Of a stretch of 64,000 nt of DNA, positions 55,358 to 64,000 are shown in pieces. This DNA is from Vicinamibacteria bacterium (GTDB lineage Bacteria; Acidobacteriota; Vicinamibacteria; Marinacidobacterales; Marinacidobacteraceae): assembly GCA_964291235.2 (NCBI GenBank), contig OZ219816.1:448001-512000 (forward strand), read 5' to 3'. The notes under the pieces were generated by a model. That model was given only the letters and a program-made list of their open reading frames with translations, had not been told where the DNA came from and searched no databases. Position 1 is the stretch's first letter. Each line of letters opens with the position of its first letter. The translations under genes were made by a program, and so were the position numbers.

Positions 55358-55510
55358 TCGCACCCCTCACGTCACCGGGCACCGCCCGAACCGCGTGTTC
55401 AGCCCAAAGAAGGCCCATCGCGCCGGTTCGAGTCCCACGCGACCGGGCGTTCGCCCCGGACTTTCGATCAGCGGAATTCACGGGGGAACCGGCGGGCGGC
55501 TTGAGCAAAG

Positions 55511-55675
55511 TCACCGCGTCTCCCTGTGCATCACATGAGTCCGGCAGAAACGGCAGTACTTGCTCAACTCCATCCGGCCCGGATGAGTCGCCCGGTTCTT
55601 CGTCGTCGAATACGTACGGCGCTTGCAGTCCGTACACGCCAACGTGACGATCTGCCGCTTCTTTTCGCGAGCCAT
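55511..55675 (-). CDS. rpmG: 50S ribosomal protein L33 (Zn-binding; missing from the ORF track)
   Basis: Manual translation [54 protein letters not shown]. Confidence 0.96.
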   Translation of the reverse strand: MAREKKRQIVTLACTDCKRRTYSTTKNRATHPGRMELSKYCRFCRTHVMHRETR

Positions 55676-55779
55676 GCCGGTTTCCCCGTGGGTTGTGCTC
55701 CGTTGAAATGTTCTGAGGATGGTCTCCCCGCAACCGACTCACGTCGTTCGCGGAGAGACCGTTTCCCGTCTCTGCCGCT

Positions 55780-56967
55780 CTACTCCAGGACTTCGGTGGT
55801 CATCCCGGAGGCGACCGTCCTGCCACCTTCGCGGATCGCGAAGCGGAGGCCGCGGTCCATGGCGATCGGGGTGATCAGTTCCACTTCGAGCTGGATGTTG
55901 TCGCCCGGCATGGCCACCACCTGGTCTCCCAGGAGGGTGGCGGTGCCGGTCACATCCGTGGTCCGGAAGTAGAACTGCGGGCGATAGCCGCTCTTGAACG
56001 GCTTCTCGCGTCCTCCCTCTTCCTTGGACAGCACGTAAACCTCGGAACGGAACTTGGTATGAGGAGTGATCGAACCCGGCTTGGCAAGCACCATTCCGCG
56101 CTCTACATCCCGGCGGTCGGTTCCTCGCAGCAGGATCCCGACGTTGTCCCCGGCCTCGCCCTCGTCAAGAAGCTTCTTGAACATCTCGACGCCAGTCACC
56201 ACCCGCTTGCGGGTTTCGCGGATCCCGACGATCTCGACCTCCTCCTGGACGCAGACCTTGCCCTGCTCGATCCGGCCGGTCACGACGGTGCCGCGGCCGG
56301 AGATCGAGAACACGTCCTCGATCGGCATCAGGTAATCCTTCTCGATCGCACGCTCGGGCATGGGCACGTACTCGTCGAGAGCCTTCGTCAGCTCCCGGAT
56401 CGGCGCCCAATCGTTCGAGTCGTCCGACTCGAGCGCCTTGAGCGCGCTGCCCCGGATGATCGGGATGTCATCGCCAGGAAAGTCATAGTAGGAAAGCAGT
56501 TCCCGGACTTCGAGTTCCACGAGCTCGAGCAGTTCCTCGTCGTCCAGCATGTCCACCTTGTTGAGGAACACGACGATCCGGGGCACACCAACCTGACGAG
56601 CCAGCAGAATGTGCTCGCGAGTCTGAGCCTGGGGGCCGTCCGGAGCCGAAATCAGCAGTACCGCGCCGTCCATCTGGGCGGCGCCGGTGATCATGTTCTT
56701 GATGTAGTCGGCGTGGCCCGGGCAGTCCACGTGCGCGTAGTGACGCGCTTCGGTTTCGTACTCCACGTGCGCGGTGGCGATCGTGATGCCCCGCTCCCGC
56801 TCCTCCGGAGCGTTGTCGATCGAGTCGAAACTCCTGAAATCTCCGCCCTGTTCAGCCGCGAGGACCTTCGTAATTGCTGCGGTCAGGGTCGTCTTGCCGT
56901 GATCCACATGACCGATGGTCCCCACGTTCACGTGGGGTTTGGTGCGTTCGAACTTCTCCTTGGCCAT
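55780..56967 (-). CDS. tuf: Elongation factor Tu
   Basis: [41 protein letters not shown]. Confidence 0.99.
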   Translation of the reverse strand: MAKEKFERTKPHVNVGTIGHVDHGKTTLTAAITKVLAAEQGGDFRSFDSIDNAPEERERGITIATAHVEYETEARHYAHVDCPGHADYIKNMITGAAQMDGAVLLISAPDGPQAQTREHILLARQVGVPRIVVFLNKVDMLDDEELLELVELEVRELLSYYDFPGDDIPIIRGSALKALESDDSNDWAPIRELTKALDEYVPMPERAIEKDYLMPIEDVFSISGRGTVVTGRIEQGKVCVQEEVEIVGIRETRKRVVTGVEMFKKLLDEGEAGDNVGILLRGTDRRDVERGMVLAKPGSITPHTKFRSEVYVLSKEEGGREKPFKSGYRPQFYFRTTDVTGTATLLGDQVVAMPGDNIQLEVELITPIAMDRGLRFAIREGGRTVASGMTTEVLE

Positions 56968-57051
56968 CAGGGCTTCTCCTTGTTTGCTGCGAGATGGGCT
57001 GTGAAACCCGGGGGAATCAGATCGTTCCCACGGTGAGTGGGAGGGCGAGAG

Positions 57052-57126
<75 letters not shown>

Positions 57127-57222
57127 GGAGACGAGGGCGAGTGCCGACAGTGCAGCTCCGGACCGGTCGAGTACCGACGGATCGGCCCCGGTCCCGGAAC
57201 AACACGAAGCGGGCCGCCAGCA

Positions 57223-57298
57223 TGGAGCGGGAGACGGGATTCGGACCCGCGACCCTCAGCTTGGAAGGCTGATGCTCTGCCAACTGAGCTACTCCCGC
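57223..57298 (-). tRNA. tRNA-Gly (TCC)
   Basis: GCGGGAGTAGCTCAGTTGGCAGAGCATCAGCCTTCCAAGCTGA...GGTCCGAATCCCGTCTCCCGCTCCA. Confidence 0.95.
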
Positions 57299-57456
57299 GT
57301 TATGGAATGAGGAAACAGACCGGCGACGCCGCGGCGTCTCGTCCACACACACGTACCCGGCGTGCCCACGGCGGGAGCGCGGCGGATCGACCCGGAGCGA
57401 GCCGTTGGTGGTGGTCAAAGTGGTCAAAAGGGTCGGTCGAGGAACTCCGGAAGAGG

Positions 57457-57543
57457 TGGTGGAGCGGGGAGGATTCGAACCTCCGAAGGCGTAAAGCCGG
57501 CAGGTTTACAGCCTGCTGCGTTTGGCCGCTTCGCTACCACTCC
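57457..57543 (-). tRNA. tRNA-Tyr (GTA)
   Basis: GGAGTGGTAGCGAAGCGGCCAAACGCAGCAGGCTGTAAACCTGC, long variable arm, GGTTCGAATCC...CCACCA. Confidence 0.96.
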
Positions 57544-57680
57544 CCCCGAGAAAAACTCCGCCGCTCACGAGACTGGAGAGCAACCTCTTTGATGGCCAGC
57601 CGGCCGATCCGGACCAAGCGTCCAGATCAATCCCTCCGGACCCAGCGCGGTCCGGTCCGATGCGATCTGGCCCGATCCGG

Positions 57681-57753
57681 AGCTGGCGAAGGGACTTGAA
57701 CCCTTGACCGGCTGATTACAAATCAGCTGCTCTGCCTCCTGAGCTACGCCAGC
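57681..57753 (-). tRNA. tRNA-Thr (TGT); 3' CCA not encoded (CCG follows)
   Basis: GCTGGCGTAGCTCAGGAGGCAGAGCAGCTGATTTGTAATCAGC...GGTTCAAGTCCCTTCGCCAGCT. Confidence 0.96.
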
Positions 57754-57772
57754 GTGCACCGGCGAACGGCTC

Positions 57773-57802
57773 ATTATAGGACCGCGCTCATCTGGGTGTC
57801 AA
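57773..57802 (-). promoter_or_regulatory. Consensus sigma70 promoter for the tRNA-tuf operon
   Basis: Minus strand TTGACA (57802-57797), 18-nt spacer, TATAAT (57778-57773); the -35 box overlaps the rlmB TGA. Confidence 0.9.
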
Positions 57803-58698
57803 CTGGCATTCGGAACATCCGGACCCTGCCCGGAGACCGGCTTCGCCCGGGCCTTCCCGAGCCCCCGCTGGCGCACCGTTTCATAGAGCACGATTCCCGT
57901 CGCCACCGAGACGTTGAGAGACCGCACGGACCCCAGTTGCGGCAGCGAAACCAGGACCTCGCACTCTTTCGAGACCCCGGCCGCAAGACCCCGTCCCTCG
58001 GAACCCACCGTGAGGACGGTCGGCTGGGTCCAGTCGAACTCGTCCCAGCGAAGGGTTGCCCGGGGAGTGAGTCCGACGGCCCAGTACCCGTGCGCCTTCA
58101 GGGCCCGCAGGGCCGCCGCAGCGCCTGGAATCCGAACCAGGCGGGCGCGGGCGATCGCCCCGGCTGACGCTGCCACGGCGACGGGAGAGGGCGGAGCCGC
58201 GCCGCGGCGGGGCACGAGGATGGCATCGACTCCCGCGCCATCGGCCGCGCGAACCAGGGCGCCGAAATTCCGGGGATCCTCGATGCGGTCAAGGAGCAGC
58301 AGCCGGCTCGGTTTCGGGTCCATGGACAGCACATCTCCAAGAGCCAGCCAGCGCACCGGCGACACTTCACACGCCGCTCCCTGATGACGCGCGCCCGCCG
58401 AGATCCGATCGAGGTATTGGTTGGGCACCCGCTGCAACGGAGCGCCGCGAGCCCGGGCGATCTTCAGCAGCGCCAGATGGCGCTGCTCGAGCCGTCCGGT
58501 TCGCACCAGAACCCGGCGGACCTGGTTGGGGATGCCCTGCAGCGTCTCCTCCACCCGCGCCGGGCCGAACACCCAGGTGGCGCCCCGGTCCTCGGCGCTC
58601 CCCTCCCCGGATTTCGGATCCCCAGACCTCCCGTTCCGAGGTCTCTCATCCCGAGGCTGGGCGGCCCTCTCCGGACGACGTTTTTCGTGTCGCGTCAT
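57799..58698 (-). CDS. rlmB: 23S rRNA Gm2251 2'-O-methyltransferase (SPOUT family)
   Basis: HQG, LDRIEDPRNFGA..R.A, GSEG.G, SLNVSVA. Confidence 0.92.
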   Translation of the reverse strand: MTRHEKRRPERAAQPRDERPRNGRSGDPKSGEGSAEDRGATWVFGPARVEETLQGIPNQVRRVLVRTGRLEQRHLALLKIARARGAPLQRVPNQYLDRISAGARHQGAACEVSPVRWLALGDVLSMDPKPSRLLLLDRIEDPRNFGALVRAADGAGVDAILVPRRGAAPPSPVAVAASAGAIARARLVRIPGAAAALRALKAHGYWAVGLTPRATLRWDEFDWTQPTVLTVGSEGRGLAAGVSKECEVLVSLPQLGSVRSLNVSVATGIVLYETVRQRGLGKARAKPVSGQGPDVPNAS

Positions 58699-59924
58699 CC
58701 CGAAGGAGTTCCCGCTTCGGACATTCGCGCGCGCGGATCGAGACGGACGAGCGCCTTGGCCGCCAACCCCTCACCCCTCCCGGTAAAGCCCATGCCGTCG
58801 GTGGTCGTAGCTTTCAGGCCCACCGCGCCCCGAGCGATTCCGAGCAGCTCCCCGAGCCTTTGCCGCATCTCCTCGATCCGGGGGGCGAGCCGGGGACGCT
58901 CGGCGATGATGGTGATATCCACCTGACCCGGCGTATAGCCCGCGTTCGCCGCAATCCCGAGCGCTCGCTGCACAAACCGTTCACTCGACGCGCCCCGAAG
59001 CGCGGCGTCGGACGACGGGAACAGCGCTCCGATGTCGGGTGCGGCAACCGCGCCGAGAATGGCATCGGTGAGGGCGTGCAGGACGGCGTCTCCGTCGGAA
59101 TGTCCCACGAGGGCGGCGACGCCTGGAAACGAAATCCCGCCCAACTGGAGCGTGCCGGTCGTTCCGAAGCGATGCGCGTCGAACCCCAGGCCGATCCTCG
59201 GCATGCCCGGGGTCCCCCCGAGCACGATACGAGCGAATTCCAGATCGGCCCCGCGAGTCACTTTCAGGTTTTGTGGACTCCCCTCGACGACCCGGACCGG
59301 ATGTCCCGCGGCGCGCACCACCGAAGCTTCATCCGTTCCGGTCACTCCGGCTCCCGCCGCCCGGGCAAGGGACTCCTTCAGGAGTTCCCGGCGAAAACAC
59401 TGCGGCGTCTGGACCGCGACGGTCTGCTCCCGGTCCAGCAGAGTCTCCGCGTCGCCGCCGGCGCCCAGTCGCCAGAGGGTGTCCGACGGCCGGCACCCCG
59501 GGATGGCAGCGCCGTGACGCTGCGCCGTCTCGATGATCTCCTCGATCAGCGCAGGCGGCGGTGCGGGCCGCGCCCCGTCGTGGACGGCGACGAGATCCGC
59601 CACCGCACCTTCCGCTTCCTGAAACCGCTCGTCGAGCGCCGCAAGCCCCCGCGCGGTCGATTCCTGGCGGGTAGCCCCCCCGGAACAGAAGAAAACGCGG
59701 TTCGCCTCGGCGCCGAAGAAGGGCCGGAGCTCCTCCTGCCAGGCAGTGAAGCCGGCCGCCGGAAGCACCAGCACGAGACGGGTGACGCGAGCCGTGGCCA
59801 GGACGGCCCGGACGGAGTGGACAACCAGCGGCAGGCCGAGCACCGGTTGGAACTGCTTCGGGGTCGGATCGGTGCCGAACCGGGTTCCCGCACCGGCCGC
59901 CACGACGACAGCACCAACCCGCAC
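58695..59924 (-). CDS. ispDF: Bifunctional IspD/IspF (MEP cytidylyltransferase / MEcPP synthase)
   Basis: AAG.G.R...PKQF, VHDGARP, QTPQ.F, N.KVT, followed by RIG.GFDAH, GHSDGD..LHA, KATT. Confidence 0.96.
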   Translation of the reverse strand: MRVGAVVVAAGAGTRFGTDPTPKQFQPVLGLPLVVHSVRAVLATARVTRLVLVLPAAGFTAWQEELRPFFGAEANRVFFCSGGATRQESTARGLAALDERFQEAEGAVADLVAVHDGARPAPPPALIEEIIETAQRHGAAIPGCRPSDTLWRLGAGGDAETLLDREQTVAVQTPQCFRRELLKESLARAAGAGVTGTDEASVVRAAGHPVRVVEGSPQNLKVTRGADLEFARIVLGGTPGMPRIGLGFDAHRFGTTGTLQLGGISFPGVAALVGHSDGDAVLHALTDAILGAVAAPDIGALFPSSDAALRGASSERFVQRALGIAANAGYTPGQVDITIIAERPRLAPRIEEMRQRLGELLGIARGAVGLKATTTDGMGFTGRGEGLAAKALVRLDPRARMSEAGTPSG

Positions 59925-59938
59925 GACGCGCCCCCGGG

Positions 59939-61315
59939 CTAACCGACCGCCGCCAGAGCGTCGTGGAGGGACTCCACCGCGACGAGCTCAATCTCCGCCG
60001 GACGCTCGGCGGAGCGGATTCCGCCCGGGTTCATAACCGCGCGACGGTATCCCAGGCGCGCCGCCTCCCGGAGGCGGACAGCCGCCTGGTGGACCGGCCT
60101 GACTTCGCCGGAGAGTCCGACTTCTCCCAAGAGGACGGTCCCCGGCGCCAAGGCCACTCCGCGCCGCCGGGAAGCCACCGCGGCGAGCAGCCCCAGATCG
60201 GCAGCGGGCTCGCTCACGGTCAGCCCACCGGTAACCGAGACGTAGACATCACTGCGGAGCAATCCCCCGCCGCCACCCGTTTCGAGGACCGCCAAGAGCA
60301 CCGCGAGTCGGCCGCCATCGAAGCCGACGGGAACCCTCCGGGGATAGGCAAGGGGGCTCTCGGCAAGCAACACCTGGATTTCGGCGAGGAGCGGCCTCGT
60401 TCCTTCCAGCGTGCAGACGACCGCCGACCCTGGTTGCGGAGCGCCTCGGGTAAGGAAGAGCTCCGAGGGATTCTGGATCGGTACCAGCCCCTGCCCGGTC
60501 ATGTCGAACACCCCCAACTCTCCTGCCGCGCCGAAGCGGTTCTTCACCGCCCGTAGCAGCCGATGCGACTGTCTCCGGTCCCCTTCGAAGTGCAACACGG
60601 TGTCCACCATGTGTTCGAGGGTGCGCGGCCCCGCAATCGCGCCGTCCTTGTTGACGTGGCCGATGATGAAGACGGGAACCCGGGTGGCCTTCGCATACAG
60701 CACCAGTGCCGCAGCCGCCTCCCGGACCTGGGTGACCGTCCCGGGAGCCCCGCTGATTTCCGGTGAGTGCACGCACTGCACGGAATCGAGCACCAGGAGC
60801 CGCGGCTCCAGGGACTGCGCCGCGTCCAGGATGCGGGGCATGCTGGTCTCCGAAAAGAGGAAGACCGAGTCCGGCTGAAGTCCCAGGCGCTCGCCGCGGA
60901 GCTTGAGCTGGTGTTCGGATTCCTCTCCGCTCACGTAGAGCACGGGCTCGCCGGAAGCCGCCGCCGCGGCAGCCAACTGCAGGAGCAGGGTGCTCTTTCC
61001 CGCGCCGGGCTCACCCGCGACCAGCACCGCCGAGCCCGGTACCACCCCGCCGCCGAGAACCCGGTCGAGTTCGGCGATGCCGAGCGGGCGGCGGGGTGCC
61101 GCGGCGGTATCCACCTCTTTCCAGGCGACGGGCGCCGCGGCGGCGCCGCCCGCCGCGGCGAACCCGCGCCAGCGCCCTCCCGCGGAATCCTCCGGGGGCG
61201 CTTCGTGTTCCACCAGCGGCGTCTGCGACGAGCACGAAGGGCAGTAGCCCATCCAGCGGGAGAAATCCTGCCCGCACTCGAGGCAGGCGAAGCGAACCCC
61301 CGACCGTTTTGCCAC
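59939..61315 (-). CDS. radA: DNA repair protein RadA/Sms
   Basis: C..CG...W.G.CP.C Zn finger, GEPGAGKSTLL, KNRFG; GTG start at 61315. Confidence 0.97.
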   Translation of the reverse strand: MAKRSGVRFACLECGQDFSRWMGYCPSCSSQTPLVEHEAPPEDSAGGRWRGFAAAGGAAAAPVAWKEVDTAAAPRRPLGIAELDRVLGGGVVPGSAVLVAGEPGAGKSTLLLQLAAAAAASGEPVLYVSGEESEHQLKLRGERLGLQPDSVFLFSETSMPRILDAAQSLEPRLLVLDSVQCVHSPEISGAPGTVTQVREAAAALVLYAKATRVPVFIIGHVNKDGAIAGPRTLEHMVDTVLHFEGDRRQSHRLLRAVKNRFGAAGELGVFDMTGQGLVPIQNPSELFLTRGAPQPGSAVVCTLEGTRPLLAEIQVLLAESPLAYPRRVPVGFDGGRLAVLLAVLETGGGGGLLRSDVYVSVTGGLTVSEPAADLGLLAAVASRRRGVALAPGTVLLGEVGLSGEVRPVHQAAVRLREAARLGYRRAVMNPGGIRSAERPAEIELVAVESLHDALAAVG

Positions 61316-61319
61316 GGAC

Positions 61320-62720
61320 TCAGAAACCCAGATCCTCATCCGGATCCGGGGGCCCGAGGTCCCTGCCGGCCGCTTCGGCATTGATGTCCTGAAACAGGGT
61401 GTAGCGATCGAGCCAGGCGAGCTTGAGATCTCCGACCGGACCGTTCCGGTTTTTCGCCACGATGATCCGACGCTGGGGACGTTCGGGAGGCTCGATTTCC
61501 TCGGCCCCCTCCTTTTTCTTCTTCCACTCCCGGTGGATGAAGATCACGATGTCGGCATCCTGTTCGAGAGCGCCCGATTCGCGCAGATCCGAAAGCCGCG
61601 GCGCGGTGGAAGTCCCGGTGCGCTGTTCCGGCGCCCGGCTCAACTGGGAAAGAGCCAGGATCGGCACGTCGAGTTCCTTGGCGAGCAGCTTGAAAGAGCG
61701 ACTGATCTCGGCGATCTCCAGGTTGCGGTTCTCGAAACGCCGGGCTCCCGGTTCCGAACCGCGCATCAACTGCAGATAGTCGATAACGATCAGATCGAGC
61801 CCGTGCTCGCGCTGGAGTTGCCGCGCCTTGGATCGCAGCTCGACGGGGGTGACGTTGGAATCGTCCACGTAAATCGACATGGAAGCGACCCCCGGGAGGG
61901 CGTTCTGGATGAGCCGGCGATCCTTCTCGCTGAGGATGCCGGGACGCAGAAGTTGCCGGGCATCCACCATCGCCTTCGAAAACAGCAACCGCGCGGCAAT
62001 CTGGCGCCGAGGCATCTCCAGGCTGAATACCAGCACCCGCTTGCCCGCGCGGCCGGCCTCGAGAACGATGTTGAGCGCCAGGCTCGTCTTGCCCTCTCCG
62101 GGCCGGGCCCCAATGAGAATCAGGTCGGATTGCCGCAGACCCCCCAGGAGGTCGTCCAGCGCTCGAAACCCGGTAGGGATTCCCGCGAATCCCTCGCGGT
62201 GCCGGGACGATTCGTCTGCCAGATCGCCGAGGTCCTTGGCGAGGGAGACCGGACCCGATGCGAACGAGCCCTCCGTGATCGCAAAGAGATCCTTCTCGGC
62301 ATCGCGCAGAATGTCCCGGGGAGCGTTCCGGATCGCGTCGCTCGCGAGGCGGCTGCCGAATTGATGGAGTTCACGGCTGAGAGAATGGTCGCGGACCAGT
62401 TGGGCGTAGTCCGCGGCGTTCGAAGATCTCGCTACTCCATCGAGCAGTTCACCCAGATAGGCCCCGCCGCCGGCCGCCTCCAGTTTTCCGGTGCGCTCCA
62501 ATTCCGCCCGCACGGTAAGCACGTCGATCTTTCGCATCTCGGGGGCGTCGTCGAGGGCGCAGAAGGCCTCGAAGATGCGCTGGTGCCGGGAATCGTGAAA
62601 GTCCCTGGATTGCAAAACCTCGCGGACCGCGTCGAGTTGCCGCCGATCCACCAGCACCGCGGCCAGGACCGCCCGCTCGGCCGCCGGATCCTGCGGAAGG
62701 CGAACGGCTTCCTCCGGCAC
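61320..62720 (-). CDS. dnaB: Replicative DNA helicase
   Basis: AERAVL, ARPG.GKT, IDYLQL, LSQLSR, DLRESG.LEQDAD, KNRNGP. Confidence 0.98.
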   Translation of the reverse strand: MPEEAVRLPQDPAAERAVLAAVLVDRRQLDAVREVLQSRDFHDSRHQRIFEAFCALDDAPEMRKIDVLTVRAELERTGKLEAAGGGAYLGELLDGVARSSNAADYAQLVRDHSLSRELHQFGSRLASDAIRNAPRDILRDAEKDLFAITEGSFASGPVSLAKDLGDLADESSRHREGFAGIPTGFRALDDLLGGLRQSDLILIGARPGEGKTSLALNIVLEAGRAGKRVLVFSLEMPRRQIAARLLFSKAMVDARQLLRPGILSEKDRRLIQNALPGVASMSIYVDDSNVTPVELRSKARQLQREHGLDLIVIDYLQLMRGSEPGARRFENRNLEIAEISRSFKLLAKELDVPILALSQLSRAPEQRTGTSTAPRLSDLRESGALEQDADIVIFIHREWKKKKEGAEEIEPPERPQRRIIVAKNRNGPVGDLKLAWLDRYTLFQDINAEAAGRDLGPPDPDEDLGF

Positions 62721-62818
62721 GGTCAGAGGCCTGGTTACGGCTCTTCCCCGAAGGGAACTGGGCCGGCTCGTCGGGGGGCCGCTGCCATTTCCGCCACTAC
62801 GCGGTGCACGCGACGCCG

Positions 62819-63403
62819 TCAGTCCTGCGAGTCGTCGGCTTCCTCGGCGGGTACCCCGGAGACGGCCTCATCCTCGTCGGATTCGGCATCGGCGGCACGG
62901 CTAGCCGATACCTCCGTCGGGATCTCCGGCAATGGCTCCACTCCGAGAGAGCCCGCGGCCACCGGCGATACCTCGATCGGAAGATCCACTTCGATCTCGC
63001 TGTGAAGCCGGACGACCGCCGACGAGGGACCCGCGACCTTGATGGGGCCACCGAGAATGATGCGGTTGCGGGCGATTTCGAACCCGTTTTCCGCAAGCTG
63101 CCTGGCAATGTCCTGGACCGAGACGGAACCGTAGAGTTCGTTGGAATCGGTCTTCACCCGGCGGTCGAACCGGAGGGTCTGGCCTTCGAGGGAACGGGCG
63201 ACAGCTTCGGCCGCGTCCTTTTCCCGGATCCGCTGGACAGCCCAGACTTTCCGGGCGTCGGCCACCTCGCGGCGGTTTTCGTCCGTGATGGGGACCGCGA
63301 TCCGTCGGGGAAGCAGGTAGTTGCGAGCGTAACCCGGGCGGACGTTCACCTCGTCGCCGGGTTCACCCAGGGAATCGACGGGCTGTTTCAACAGAAGGCG
63401 CAT
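62819..63403 (-). CDS. rplI: 50S ribosomal protein L9
   Basis: LG..GD.V.V.PGYARNYLLP, LYGSV; acidic C-terminal tail. Confidence 0.97.
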   Translation of the reverse strand: MRLLLKQPVDSLGEPGDEVNVRPGYARNYLLPRRIAVPITDENRREVADARKVWAVQRIREKDAAEAVARSLEGQTLRFDRRVKTDSNELYGSVSVQDIARQLAENGFEIARNRIILGGPIKVAGPSSAVVRLHSEIEVDLPIEVSPVAAGSLGVEPLPEIPTEVSASRAADAESDEDEAVSGVPAEEADDSQD

Positions 63404-63423
63404 GGGACTCTCCCCGACCGGCC

Positions 63424-63669
63424 CTATTCGTAAGGCAGGAGCGCCATCTGCCGGGCGCGCTTGATAGCGACCCGAATCTGGCGCTGGGCTCGGGCGCTGG
63501 CGCGCGATACGCGGCGGGGTGCGATCTTGGCGCGGTCACCGAGGAACTCACGAAGGAAATCCACATCCTTCCAGTCCACCCGGTCCACGCCATTCAACGT
63601 TGGATTGACTCGCACCCGCCGAACGGACTGCCGGCGGCGGCGGCGAGGGGTCGCGGGTCTGTCGCTCAT
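63424..63669 (-). CDS. rpsR: 30S ribosomal protein S18 (Cys-free form)
   Basis: DWKDV..L..F.....KI.PRR, QR....AIKRAR.MALLPY. Confidence 0.96.
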   Translation of the reverse strand: MSDRPATPRRRRRQSVRRVRVNPTLNGVDRVDWKDVDFLREFLGDRAKIAPRRVSRASARAQRQIRVAIKRARQMALLPYE

Positions 63670-64000
63670 GAGGTCTCCTCCTCGGCATTCTCAGCAGACG
63701 GGCCTTCAGCGGAACCGTTCGATGATGCCACTTCTACGGGTTTCTCGGGCTCTTTTTCGTCCGGCTCCCGAGCCGCTTCCTCACTTGCCCGGGCGGCAGC
63801 CTCAGCGGCGGCAGCGGCAGCGCGGGCGGCTCGTTCCTCGCGGCGGCGGAGGTCAGCGGCTTGATCCCGTTCCCGGGTCTCCTTGTCCGTCCGCAGCACG
63901 ATGAACCGCAAGACGCCTTCGGTGAGGCGAATCCGGCTTTCGATGTCTCGGATGGAGCCGGGGGGCGCATCGAAGTAACAAAGGATGTAAAGGCCCTCGT
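63666..64000 (-). CDS. rpsF: 30S ribosomal protein S6, C-terminal part (5' end outside window)
   Basis: ...[36 protein letters not shown], then an acidic tail; directly upstream of rpsR. Confidence 0.92.
   Translation of the reverse strand, partial: EGLYILCYFDAPPGSIRDIESRIRLTEGVLRFIVLRTDKETRERDQAADLRRREERAARAAAAAAEAAARASEEAAREPDEKEPEKPVEVASSNGSAEGPSAENAEEETS

Noticed and set aside
55415-55445. GGTTCGAGTCCC T-loop-like motif between tRNA-Trp and rpmG
   Set aside because: The flanks do not form a T-stem, and no D or anticodon arms are present
61320-62720. Intein in DnaB
   Set aside because: Length is a normal 466 aa and the helicase motifs are contiguous

Overview
GC-rich bacterial chromosomal window, probably Acidobacteriota (inferred from the Cys-rich insert near the RpoB N-terminus and the L14 'ILPLGG' loop). 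Positions 23.8-64 kb form one co-oriented minus-strand information-processing supercluster: rpsF-rpsR-rplI-dnaB-radA-ispDF-rlmB-4 tRNAs-tuf-rpmG-tRNA(Trp)-secE-nusG-rplKAJL-rpoBC-rpsL-rpsG-fusA-S10-spc-alpha. There is no tuf after fusA. Positions 1-23.5 kb hold accessory and metabolic genes (amidohydrolase, PPOX-class oxidoreductase, DsbA-like lipoprotein, dtd, ATKADL-repeat coiled-coil protein, ClC, SSS symporter with a small partner, PIG-L deacetylase, DASS transporter, tenA, aldehyde dehydrogenase, DmpA peptidase, DUF4097, DinB, asparaginase, orphan pilMNO-like genes) and a second, divergent EF-G. The most striking signals are non-coding. (i) Palindromic MITE-like elements start right at stop codons or YTAR sites. 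One 549-bp element with three internal units lies between rpsK and rpsD and, as sequenced, extends ribosomal protein S11 by 184 aa. (ii) REP-like doublets occur, one nested in a CTAG-flanked MITE. (iii) A second copy of a transporter gene's 3' end differs only by silent changes. RNA polymerase and L22 also carry unusual substitutions at antibiotic-binding sites. No transposase, integrase, CRISPR array or rRNA gene was seen.
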